Part shown: one piece after another, positions 1 to 12,457 of the stretch
Numbering within the stretch: position 1 is the first letter of the stretch
Layout of the letters: every line of letters begins with the position of its first letter
Assembly: GCA_050273025.1 (NCBI GenBank)
Contig: CP158635.1
Location: 32,984,001 to 33,048,000 of the forward strand
Reading direction: 5' to 3'
Length of the DNA: 64,000 nt
Source of the DNA: Cenococcum geophilum
Lineage: Eukaryota
Translations under genes and position numbers: made by a program
Notes under the pieces: generated by a model
Seen by the model: the letters and a program-made list of their open reading frames with translations, nothing else
The model's database searches: none
What the model was told of the DNA's origin: nothing

Positions 1-1490
1 AGTAATACTTGTAAAGGGGACATCCTTAATATACTTCTTTGTGCCTTTTATAATTAGCTTAGAGTATTTATCCTTACAGATTTGTAAAATCCCCTTGCCG
101 AATCTTCCGCTTGTGATAAATATATACCTTTTACAACCGTTAAATATCTTTGGATGCTAGATTAAGAGCCAATAGCCGCTACGACCCGCCTTCTACTAGC
201 CCCTAAGCCACTACTATTGGCCATCTAATAAGACTTGACCTCGCTTCTTCGTCGCTGCTAGAGGTTTAAAAGTTTTATTAGTGTTATCTTCGGTAGCCTT
301 TATATAATCCTTCTTCTTCCCTTTCTTCTTCTTTACTTCCTTTTTTCCCTTCTTCCCTTTTTTCTTTTCCTTCTTCTTTTCCTTCTTCTTTTCCTTCCCC
401 TTTTTCTTCTTCCCCTTATCTTTCTTGGCTTTTTTCTTTTTTATAGATAGGTCCGATTGCAAAAACGCCTACCGCTTTACCTGCCATTTTTTAAGAACAT
501 TATTATTAAGAGTAAGGGTAAAAGGAAGAAAGTTTGGAAGATCCTTTCTTTGTTCTCTATACTGGGCTACTAGTAATTTGGTATTAATTATATCTAGGTG
601 GTTTTTCGCTATCCCTATACCGAAATCATCCAGTTCTCCTTTTATTATATGTATAAGTGTATTTCTCAAATCCTTTAGCAATGGAAGAACCGTCCTATAA
701 CGAATAGTGCCCAAGAGTTTGTGGTAGTTGTGTACTTTATTATATTTAATAGCTTCTTAATTTGCTTTTCTTAGGTCATTAAGAGCTATAAAGTTGTCTC
801 TAATAACGACTCGCCAAAAAATAGGAACTAACTTTTTATTTTGGTGGTTAGTATAAAATTCGCTAACTTAATCGGGATTAAAATCATCGTCTTTTATTTC
901 TTAATCTCCGTCCTTATCTGTTGTTGGATCTTATAGCGCGGTCGAGGACTCGCTATAGCTAAACCCGTTATCTAGCTCTGGCCTCTTTATACCTTTTTTT
1001 TTACCACTAGGAGGATGGTTAAAGTTAATTAGACCCTTCTTAGGGGTCTAATTCTTTATTTCTTTAATATATTCGCTTGGAATATTAAGTTTTTTAGCAA
1101 CGTTTATAATAACTATATAAAAGTTAGTCGTATATTATATGTATATTAAACTCCATACTTTAAAGAGCCTTATTACTATTATTTACGCCACCCCGCTTTG
1201 GATATACTTTTTATATTACCTTCCGCCACGCTTATATTTTCTAAGTAGGACTTAGGTTGTCGCCCTTCTTAAGTTAGATAAATTTTAGTAAACTAGCGTC
1301 GTTATCACTCTACTTAAGAATTTTATTAATCTTATTCTAGCGTATTTAGTTTTCTTATTTAGGTTCGGCTAGTTCTTTAGCCCTATCTCCCTTTCTCTAT
1401 CACTTCTTCCGGAGATTATTATTAGGGAATGGGGTCGCTTGTGGAGTAGGGGGCGCGCTATCGGCTATTTTTAATAAATTGGCGCTAGTG
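1..1490 (-). pseudogene. RIP-inactivated hypothetical protein with low-complexity K/E tract (runs off window start)
   Basis: Track ORFs 469-714 and 214-462 (-) are in one frame separated by a TAG. The frame continues upstream to about 1490 with RIP-type stops. Confidence 0.4.
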
Positions 1491-3982
1491 CCTAATGATA
1501 AATTTCTAAAGATTTAAATAAAAGGAAACCACCCTTTTATATTTGCCTTAATTATATATAGTGGCATATATTTAGACTCTAGTAATTATATATAGACACT
1601 ACTATATATAATTTATGTCTATTTTAGTAAATTAGGAGGGGGTACGGCCTTAAAACTAAGGTGGCGTTTTATTAAATATGGGGTAGTATTAGCCCTTTTA
1701 ATCACGTCTATATAGAGGGTCTTAAATATACTTAACACGTAATTTAAATTAAATAATTTACTGTCTATAGAGGTTGCCTTTATTACTCGCATTGCTAGCA
1801 GATTACTATATTATTTAAAGACACTATATTATAGCTAGTTTTAAAGTATAAAGTAGGCAAATATAGATTTTTAAACTATCTAAAGAAATATCTTCTAAAG
1901 CCTCCCTAACCTAACTAGGACATTAAATCGAGTTAACTAGGATCTAAGTTAATGGGAAATCTTATATAAAGGCGAGGCATAAAATACCTAAAAGAGTTTC
2001 TTAAGCCATCTCATTATCTAGATGTTACTAGATTTGTACCCGCTATAATAAAACAACTGCTTTAAGCTTAGCAATCCTCGTTTATTTCCTTTTGTTCTTT
2101 AGAATAATATTCTATATTTTAAATGGCTTATTGGATTGATTTTGTTCCCTAATATCTTAGAACATCTTTTTAAGTTGTTTAGCCGTCGCGGTCGCGTGAC
2201 TTAATTGCTTTTGGCAATTATTGAGCCTCCTTTCTAACTCTTCTCTAGCTTTGTGGGCTTCTTGTTGCTCCTTATATCTCTAATTTTAAATCTGGGAAAT
2301 TACTATCCGATTATGAGAAACTTGAGTTTCTAGACTATGAATATATTATATTATCTATTGCTCTCTAATAAAGAAGTCCCTAAGGAAGTCCTAATTTAAG
2401 CGCCTATTATATGTCTTATAGTGCTAGCAATATCTAGGGTCCTATGATTATTAGTACTTAAGTAGTTTTTTTCTACTAGAGGTATACTGCTAAGCTATAG
2501 TACTGGCTTTTATCCTTATAGTCGGTGTAATAGGTTACGTTATTTATATTTTTAGAGTACGATGTAATTCTAGAATAAAGGCTTCCTATACCAGTATATA
2601 AATTAACATTTTAATTATAGACTACTGCTAATTATAGGTTATATCCGTTTCACCACGGTATATAGGAGAGGTGTAAGTATATATTACCCTAGCACGACCG
2701 CTAAGCGCTAATTGCTTACTACTAAAAGAAAGATCTATATATACGCGTACGTTTCTACTAAAATTACTATTAAATGCCGCCTGCCTTGAAATTAAAGAGC
2801 CACCTATTCCAAAATTATGTATAGCGCTAGATAAAACCGTTTTACGCCACCCTACTGTTAACGTTGCTACTTTACTAACTTAAAAGGGAATGGAATGATA
2901 ATATAGTTTACGCTAGATCTAGCTTATACCTCCTTGCCAAGTTAATAGCTATAAGTGCGTGGAACTATGGGGGTTAGGGGAGGAAAGGTAATTCCTAGTC
3001 CTATATTCTGTGTTGAACCGCATAATAAGTAAAAAGTTAGGAGTCCTCTCTACAATTTACCTACCGTATTAGTAGCCCCTTTTTAGTTTACTTACTTATG
3101 TCTAACCTTATAGCTACTCTGCGGGCGTAGGAGGAGATCCGCTGTTTAAACTTTTTTAAGCTTTTAGTTCTTCCTAGGATTTTGGTTCTTCTTAGGATTT
3201 TAGTTTAGGCGTTTCTACTATAACTCGATTGCTGACTTTATTTAAGGTAAACCAGTAGTCTTTTTGTTAAAGGCCGTTATAAGCTTAAACTAGAAGAAAG
3301 GGGGCAGTATAGCCTAGAGTTTGTAAAGAAGGTTTTTATTATCTGGTGACTAACCCTCTAACTAAGTGACAGCCTCTATAGTAGATAACTTTGTAGGTAA
3401 TAAGTTGAGAAAATAAGGGGTTGAATTGCGAGCATCTTAGAGGATGGTCTTTTAAATCTACGTTCTAGATTAAATGAATATTAATTAGTAAGTTTTTAAG
3501 CTAATGCCAGAATACTGACGGAATGGTAGGTAGTAAAGAGCGGCGTAGGCGCAGTAGGCGACAATGGACTATACACATCTACTAATTAGCTAGCTACTCT
3601 ATATAGCTCCTAGTGTAACCAGCTAAGCGCTTTACACGTATTAGCTTCTAGAGAACGATTGCCAGAACCAACTCTAGAACTCGCGCCTACAGCATTACTA
3701 TCTAAAGTCGATTGGGCGTTCTACGCCTATAGTATCGCCGGACTCTTTATATATTACAAAACACCATAATTGATTGGGCGCTCCGCGAAGTTCGACCGTT
3801 AGTTAAATCGCCTTAGGCGCTCTACACTCGCCAAGCGCTAGGGTTTTTAACTTAAGGCAGTATTGACGCTAGAAAGATGCCTGGCTTTATAACTGCTTAA
3901 AGATAAAGAGTACCTGCGCAGTAAGACTAATATCCTTTTACTTAAACTCTATTAATCCTTTTCTATAAGGCCGTATCCTACT

Positions 3983-4586
3983 ATGACTAGCTATAACTCT
4001 CTGGCGGATAACGAATACTAAAAGAGAATTATAAATGAAATTCTAGAGATAGATTGGGGTTCTATTGAAATTGATCCTCTTGACCTTAATAATATTCAGT
4101 TTTTAGACAACCTAGATATAGCTACGCTACAACACTCTAATATATTCTAGTAACCTTTTAGCTAGGGGGCTATACTAGAATAGCTGCAGCCTAATTAGGG
4201 AGACTAAAATAAGTAAGGATGTTAGCTTAATCTAGATCTGGGCCTTATATACATATATATTAGCCCAGAATTATCGGCCGAGACCTATATATTAATAGGT
4301 TTTAAGCCACTTAACGTTTATATGCTGGCATAAGAGCTTTAGAAAAAGTAAGTTTTAGATTATTAAGAAAAATTACTTTACTAATATTGCTTAGACAAGA
4401 GCTGATAGCCAAGTAGGTAAAATTAGATAGATTGTGTCTTTGTCTAAACTAATTATTAATAACAGACGGCTTAATTATCTTAATAATTATATAGCCGAGA
4501 TGCAAGCATAGGCATTCTCTGTTAGTGTAAGAATTAGGGAGTTAAAGGAGGCATTAAATAGTGGAAGTAATGGTGGTGAAGGTTAA
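3983..4586 (+). pseudogene. RIP-inactivated hypothetical protein
   Basis: Reads MTSYNSLADNEY*KRIINEILEIDWGSIEIDPLDL...RLNYLNNYIAEMQA*AFSVSVRIRELKEALNSGSNGGEG*. Stops are TAA/TAG at plausible Q/W positions. No family recognised. Confidence 0.3.
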
Positions 4587-6479
4587 TAATTAGCTAGGTA
4601 CCGAAATTTGGCACCGGATATTTTAATAGAGTCTTAATATGCAGCTTTTGTAGTACTTTTAAAAACTTATTAATCCCTTGTTTATATCGCGAAGCCTTTT
4701 CCTAATAATAAATAGCAGCTTTCCTTATTAAACGGCATTCCCGCTATAGTTCTACAATTTTGACGTTTAAATTACTAAGCCCTTTATTAACTCCGTTACT
4801 CTTTTGCTACTCTCTTCCAGCTTCTATATTCTGTAGTTCTCTTATACTTAACCCTTAACTCCTAATTTTGTGGGTTAGATATCTGTAGGAATTAAATTCT
4901 TTCTAGAAACTATTAGCTTATATTAAATGGTATTAATAGTTTTATACCTCTATAGTTTTGGTTTTTACGGCTTTAATAGTATTTCTAATACCCAAGTATA
5001 GATCCTAATACGCTATAATAGAATATTTACTTAGGTGTTTTTTAAAGAGGTGTTGTTTCTTGGGGGTTGGCTACTATTAGTAAGGGTTGTTATCTCTAGT
5101 AATAAGCCTTACTTCATTTAGGGAAATAACTATATTAAGCTCGTCTTCTGCTTACGGCCTAAGTAGATTACTTAAAATAAAAAGATGGCTAATATACTTA
5201 AATATTGCGCTAATCGTAAACGGCACCGCTGTCTCCATCGTGCTCTTTATATATTTTTTTTATACTTTATTTTCCTAGTAGAGTTTTAGAGAAAAGTTTG
5301 CAATTATATATAACTATACTAAAATTAAAATTTCTATTTTTAGCATCTTAATTCTCTTATAACTTTTACTTTGAGTAAAAAAGTGCGCTAGAAACCTCTT
5401 TATATACCTTATATAGAACGCGATCAATACTCCCTTTGGGGTCATTTCTTTGTTAACTATAAACTTAGGTTTTTACGGTAAAATAATCGCTCTTTTTACT
5501 TTCTACTAAAATATAGCGTCTAACTTAAGTGTGGTATGCGCGATGCCGAATAGATATGCTAGTTAACTAGTATTGGCTTTATGGAAAGTCTACTTTATCT
5601 AACTGGCTTATCTAAAGTTTGCTAAAGTAGCAGTAAGCCATAGAACTCACTTTTATTAGATGCGACCTATTGTATAGGGCACGGCACAGCCAGTTTGAAG
5701 AATGGCGTATTATAATGAAAAGTTATTAGGAAACAGACCCCGCTTTTTTAATACTAAACCTATAGGGTAAGCGGTAGCAATATGGGTGTAATAGTCCACA
5801 CCCAATTTTCCAGCCTAGTATTGTCTTATCATTTATAGTAATGGCGACACTATACGGGCTTTATTATAGCCTTGTTAATTCCTTTTAGTATCTTAGTCTA
5901 GCTTAATTTTAAAATTTTTATATTACGTCTCGTAGGAATAAGTCTCTTAAGTCCGCCGAATTGTACTAGGGGTAGTCTCCGCTTTATAGGCGTGGCGGGT
6001 TTGTATACTGTGACATAGAGCTAGGCTACTAAAGACTACTAAAGTGGCTGTAGTAAGGTTAAACTTTGTCGTTTTACGTGTAGAGGTTGGGGTATTTACA
6101 TTGTCCAATTATTCTACGTACTACCCCTATTTCTTTAGAAGTCAACTATTATACAAGATTTGCCTAGAGCCGCTAGGGCTAGTATATATTGGCATTGTAG
6201 AAGCTTAGTAACCTTAAAGCTAAGGAAGTAAACGCTATCCTATCTATTTAATCTAGAATCGATCTTTCCTAAAAATGGAAAAAGTCCCAGCCACTTTACA
6301 CGGTAACTCTTTTATATAATCCTGACGCTAAGCAATTTAGATCCTATATCTCAGCCCTTTTGTAGGCTAGCTATCGCTGGGACAATCTAGGAAATTTTAC
6401 GTGACTATACCTTGATGCAGCTTCTGAGATTAAGGTGTGGGGCCTATACGCACTCGCTTCTCTCCTATGCCTAAGAATA

Positions 6480-9040
6480 ATGTTGCGACAGTTGCGGTTA
6501 TAGCAAACTCTCCTAAACTTACTTAAAGCTTTTAAACGCTTAACTTAAGTACGCATAGTCCCCTTTATTATACCCCTATTAGTACTAATCTAAGTACAGT
6601 CCACCTAGCCTAAAGGGCTCTAATTTAGGTTGATTATTACAAAGCTATAGAAAATCATCTCTCGCCTTAAGTATACTAGCCTTAAACATGCCAGCCTTAA
6701 GCGGAAACGCAAGAGAAGTGCTAAACTTTTAGTACCTATAAAGGCTAGAAGAGATAAAGCTAGAGAGAAGCCTAATAATAGACTAAAGAAGTCTTGCGAA
6801 TATTAGGAGTACACGGGTTCTAGCCGATTTGACACTATTAATATAAGCCATCTTGTGTAAATAATTTAAATAATTATAAAAAGAGATCCAGCTTTACGGA
6901 AAATTGGCTATTTTAAAGTCTTAGTTCCGCCAGATGCGCTCTTTACTTACTTAAAATCTATAGAAGGCTAAATTATAGGGAAGCACAGTGCCCCCTTAAA
7001 CTTTAATTATACGGCTTATATAATACGGCCTTTACGCACCGAGGAGGTTACAGACTATGCTATATACAACCTTATATACTAGGCGTCTTCCGATTAATAA
7101 GAAGATAAGTTTAGGATTTTAAGGATTCTTTCTCATTAACCGTCTACCGCTATGAACCTATTTTACGCTACTAAAATCCAGAACAAAACCCTCCTGTACT
7201 TAATTTACCCTACCTCTACTAGTAAAGAATAGAAAACAATTAGTTTAGGTAGTAAGTTACTTCTTAATTATGGGACTTGACTTAACGAGATAAAGGTAAA
7301 GATCCCTGGGATATATTTACTATATATATATATTAGTGGTTCTCGGAATACGCCGGCAACTATGTATATAGAAGATGCTGGACTTAGCTCTATAAATCTT
7401 GTTTACGCTAGAGCCCCTAAGTCTTAGTTAATAGTCTCCCCTAACAATATGTGCTAGTTAGAAGACAGAATTAAGGAGGTTTTTAGCTTTTAAAAGTAAA
7501 AATCAAACTTTAAGGTGCAGGAGTTAGCCTGCTCCTAATTTATCCGGTATATAGATCTTATACTGTATAAGGAGTTGCTTAATCTCTAGCACATTCGCTA
7601 TGAAATTACCTATTGCTAGCCTAGGGAAATGGTTATCACGTTGCCGTATATATACTATTAAATTTTAAATAATGGAGTTAATATTGCTGAAGCTATTAAC
7701 TTTGTACTTAAGGAGGACTGGGAACCTCCTCCTAACTATTGGTTCTGTAGCAGAAAATATAGCTAGGCTCCTATTACGGAGAACGACCTTAGTATTATTA
7801 GAGGCGGGCCGCCTAAGAGGTAGGTTAATTTATGTGTGGATCTACCCTTACTAATTCCTTTAGCAGCAGTGACTACCTAAAAATTAGCGCCGTTTGAGGG
7901 AATTCGACTGTCTTTGCCCTTATAGAAGGAAGCGCTGACGTGGAGCATATCGCCCTATTGTTATCTAAAAAGCAACGTATCTCTTCGAACCCCACTATTG
8001 ACACGAATATTTTAGACACGTTGCGTTATAATTTTTAATAATTAACGCCCCCTGTTCCAATTCTGTTCTCCCAATTTAATAATATAGTTATTACTTCTGG
8101 CCTTCCTCTTCTATCTATTGTACGGACAATACAGCTAATATTTAACTATATAACTACGCGTATTATTATTAATTTATTACAGGAATCTTAGAGTAAGAGC
8201 GAATTAGTCAATTCTACTGATAGTAAGGTTAAGGATGTTTATTATATCCGCGCCTATATTTAAGATATAAGGTAGGCTAAAAGTAGGACGTATAAAGGCG
8301 TCGTATAAAGGCGAATTAGTTAAGTCAAATTGCGGGAAAGCTTCGACTCCTATATCTAAGCTAAATCAGCTATCTTTTTAAAAAGGCGCAAAAAGAGCCA
8401 GCCGCGAAATGATGTCGTTCTTAGTAGGAAAGCCTAGGACTATATTTGAAATGACCTAATGCTTAAGTTATTTAATAGAGATTGGAAAATTTTAAGAGGC
8501 ACTAAAGATTCTGCCGTTAGGATGTTTAAGTATGACCTTAAGGTTAGCGCAATTCTTAAATTGTTCTGCTCCGTCTATGGTATTTAAATTTTATCTTTCC
8601 TCCTGTCTATAGACGCAGAGCCCTGGCTTCGGTTTCCAAAAGCAAGTAATTACCTATAGTTAAAAGATCTTACTAAAGCAATCGTGCTATTAGAGTAAGT
8701 CCTTAACTAATATCCATTTTAAGAAGCTAACTGGCTTAAGATATAATATAATAACAAAACGACAAGCATAATTCTTCATTAAGTGGCTTCTACTTCTCCG
8801 ACCTAACCTTAAACGATTAGCTGAAATTGATAGCGATTTACTTAGTAGCAATATATTTTCGAATAAAAGTATATATCCTTTTACGGCGTAAGACAAGATT
8901 AGTAAACAAATTACTACCTTAGCTATAGAGCAAGAACCACTTAATACTTTTTTCAGCTTTTTCCGTAGTAATTAAGGTAGTATTGCTGTTCTATATAACT
9001 TGGGAGAAGCGTCTCTTCCAATTTATTTTACCCTTTTGTA
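6480..9040 (+). pseudogene. JmjN/JmjC histone lysine demethylase (KDM4/JMJD2-like), RIP-inactivated
   Basis: One frame contains KRKRKR (NLS-like, ~6700), JmjN-like RKIGYFKVLVPP (~6897-6933) and the JmjC core IPGIYLLYIYISGSRNTPATMYIEDAGLSSINLVYARAPKS*LIV...CS*FIRYIDL...C*PREMVITLPYIYY*ILNNGVNIAEAINF (~7300-7705). TAT>CAT at 7365 and 7656 restores the H-x-E...H Fe(II) triad (Glu at 7371). Confidence 0.85.
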
Positions 9041-9506
9041 ACGTCGCCACTATAGTTAGATGCTGCTTAGCGCTCTAGACTTCAGTATACCTAACGCGCC
9101 TTTAGTAAAACCTAAGAGCCTCCCTTATATTTAGTAGCCCACTTTTATAGACCTAGGTATCCTTCTAAACCACCTTATATTCGCGTCCTGTCTTAGTTAT
9201 CCTTTCCCCTACAATATCGTCGATCTCCTATTTGTTATTTAAGATCATTTTGTTAATTTAGTTGTATATCGCCTAGGAACCCTATGGGTGGGAATTTAGG
9301 TAGCATCGCTTTATCTAATTGGCGGCAGAGCTGTTATGCTCGCTGTTATTTTTATCGTGCGGATTGTAGGGGTTTGGATATAGACTAGTTGGTTTATTTG
9401 TCTTACTCAGCTGGTATACACTTTTATTATCTAAGTCTTCCAGAGTGATTTTGCCGCTTTAAACATCCGAAATGGCCTCATTATCGTTAACCTGAGAAAT
9501 ACGCAT
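9000..9506 (-). pseudogene. Chromodomain-like protein (copy 1), RIP-inactivated
   Basis: Minus strand reads NK*EIDDIVGERITKTGREYKVV*KDT*VYKSGLLNIREALRFY, de-RIPed EWEIDDIVGER...EYKVVWKDTWVHESGL.N, which fits a chromo-like aromatic pattern. Clear nucleotide paralogue at ~35600-35760. Confidence 0.6.
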
Positions 9507-9859
9507 TCTAGATGTTTTAGGGTAGGAGCTTTTTAAGAGATAATCCTGGACAATATTTCTTAACAAAGTATTTAATAAAAAGTGGATAGAAAGAGGGTTA
9601 GAGGACATTTAGCGCTTATAGAGTTCTTATCTAGCTTTTTAATTCTAGAGCTAAGCTGGCTAATATATATAAATGCTAAGAAAAAATATATAAGTAGGGC
9701 GTCTAAAGATCAAAAGCCTAATCCTTAAGATAATTTTAGCATTCCCATATATATATCTCTAGCCATTATTTTTAGAACTTAAGACTATATTTAATGAAAA
9801 TTTTCTCCCTAAATTATAAAAATTAAAATAGCCCTCGTACCCTAAACTTAATACTAAAC

Positions 9860-10796
9860 ATATATATACTTCTCTTTTTTGTTTTACGCGCGGTTATAGC
9901 AGTATACTATTAATCTCTAGGAGTAATTGCTAAGTAGGTAGATTATAGTTACTATAGAAATCTAGTCCTAATAAATTATAGTATTAATCAGTCTCTATCA
10001 ATTAAAGTCAGGGCGGATATACCGGTAACTACGCCTAAAGGAGGCGAGCTTAAAGTAGACGTTAAGCTTAGTGTTGAGATTATCGCGACTGTGTCTCCTA
10101 CTATAACTTCCTTGTCGCTAATCTATACTGTCTAAGTCGGTACTTGGGGAGATCTAATATTTTCCCTAAATTAAATATCCGCGCCCGTCAGAGACATTAT
10201 CCACTTTTAGTTTCTTAAATTGAACTATACCGTGTTACAATCCTCGCTTAAGAATCCGTGCACACCTAATAGGATTTTCGATACTGACTTTCTTTATTTC
10301 AACCCTAAGAACCACACAGATAATATTATTTCCTTTTTTATCTAATATATAAGTCTATAATGGTTTTTCTATAAACAAACGCTACTAGTTTTACATTGCT
10401 ATGCTGGTATAGTCTTCGCTATTAACCCTAGGCCAAATATGGAAGAATTCCTTTATAATACTCGTCTGCTATAGTTCACCCTATAAATAAGCAGTGTTAT
10501 TAAACAGTTAACCATGAAACTAAATGCTGGGAGTAGCTATTGGTAAGAAGGAATTACTGGCACTAGCCTAGTTAAGATAGCTAAAAGTTATTAGACATTA
10601 ATATTATTTTTTATAAACCCAACTAATTTTAGAGGGAGTTATTGGATGGAAATAGGCGACGCTGGCATCCCTAACAGTACTATTTTTCAACCTACCCTTT
10701 AGCCCCAGCTCTTGACTTAACTAGTAAATGGCGGGGGAATTTCTCTTCTACCTTTTACTAGTCTTTTTATATTGTTAACTCTCGCTTTTATTTAGT
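9860..10796 (+). pseudogene. Secreted, probably GPI-anchored cupredoxin-like (extracellular Ser/Thr-rich) protein, RIP-inactivated
   Basis: Hydrophobic N-terminus, then YTV*VGTWGDLIFSLN*ISAPVRDIIHF*FLKLNYTVLQSSLKNPC...WFFYKQTLLVLHCYAGIVFAINP (de-RIPed NHTV...WFFC...HCHAGMVFAINP), then a hydrophobic C-terminal tail. Confidence 0.75.
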
Positions 10797-12457
10797 AGTT
10801 TAGTGGGAATTTTATATTCTTATTTATATAGTCTAGTAAACAGAAGTCTTATCTATTTTCTTAGCCTATTATATTATACTTTTCTAGTAGCCTTATAAAT
10901 CTCATCTAAAGTATTAATGATCTATAAGTTCGCTAATCTAATCTCCTAAACTCTCTTATAACCTCTTTCCAAGTTAACTTCCTTCTTACTCTTAAATCAA
11001 AAAGAAGAGAGTCCTGCCGATCTATTATACAATTCTAGAGTATTACGTATTTGTAAGGGGATAGTATAGTCCGAGGCTAATAAGTTGGGTTCTCTAAATG
11101 GGGCTAATAAGCGCTTAACGGTTGACGAGACTTAAATAGTGGTTTGGAATGAAGATGAGTTTAGAAAGAGTTTAAGATATAACTAAGGTGTAGAAGAGGA
11201 TTATAGTATCTCTTTTTTTAAGTGGATTGAGGAGGCGGAGCTTAAAGAGATGGTGGGATAAGTAATAAAGGTAAGATTATTGTGATTTTAGTAAAGTATA
11301 GATAGGAATTACACAACTTTTACTACTTTTAACTATAGTTTAAGACGTCTAACGTCTCGGAATAAAAATAAACTTAGTTAACTCTATATATATATAATAA
11401 TAAAAATAAAATATAGGGCATATATATACGTCCTTAAAAGACTTTAACTTAAAGAATTAATTAACTACTTTACCTTAAAGATGTGCATTATTATAATATT
11501 TTTATCTAATCCAAATTGTACCATCTAGAGGACTTTTAGGAAGATGCGTAATTGGATTTAGAAAATTAGAGGAGTAGATAACGCTATAGAATATTCTAAG
11601 CTACCACCTACCTATAGGTACTATTTTCTCCCCCTTTAACTTATATTATGGACTAATATATAACGGTAGCTATATAACCCTTAATAGGCTTAATAGTGGC
11701 GCATTAAGGCGTATATCTGGAACTACCGCTATTAATAGGGAAGGTGAAGAGGATACGCCGGATAGAGCTATACTAGAGGGAACTGCGCTAGAGGCGTTCT
11801 AGAGGGAGCTATAGTATAGGCTACGCTAAGCCGCGTTGGATGAGGTTGTATTAGAGAAGGTTAAGATTAGAACTTTAGTATAGAGCTAGGCTCTATATAT
11901 TAATTTCTATAGGTTCTACCTTATCTTTCCAGTAATGTTAACGGTTAGGTTAGGTTTAAAAAATAAAGCTAAAACTAATCTAAAATACAATTTTAAGGCT
12001 TAAACTAGTTATAAAATCGGTTAAACTAGATTAACTATAGTGTTTATTTACGTATTTTAGTGTACTTTTTAGCCTTGGCAAAGGCTAGCCCTATTTAGAT
12101 TGTAGCGCCCGTCCCTATAAGGTAGGTGTTGGGAATATAGGCAAGTTGCCGTTATATATCGCCGCGGCACTAGCGTGGCGAGGAGCCTTAAGCTCCTCGC
12201 CCTTCCTTAAGCAAGAGGAATATAGAATAACAATTATTATACTACCTACAACTTATAGATACGTAATATCACCTTATATTACCAACAGTAGGGCTTAGTA
12301 GGGGCTTATAATAAATATAATTCTAAAAAAAACCTATAAAAAAGTCTTTAGTATTTTATTTTTAAATATAGATTTTGTTTTTATATATGGGGATTTATTT
12401 TTAGATTAAAGAAAAAGTATATATACTTTCTTTATTCTTTTACTAAAACACAACACT

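Noticed and set aside
214..462. Lys-rich 82-aa ORF resembling a histone-like or nucleolar protein
   Set aside because: It is a fragment of a longer RIPed frame. The poly-Lys is most plausibly a poly-Glu tract converted by G>A changes (GAA/GAG>AAA/AAG).
7672..8896. Track ORFs 7672-7854 (+) and 8690-8896 (-)
   Set aside because: Off-frame and antisense to the JmjC pseudogene, with no independent support.
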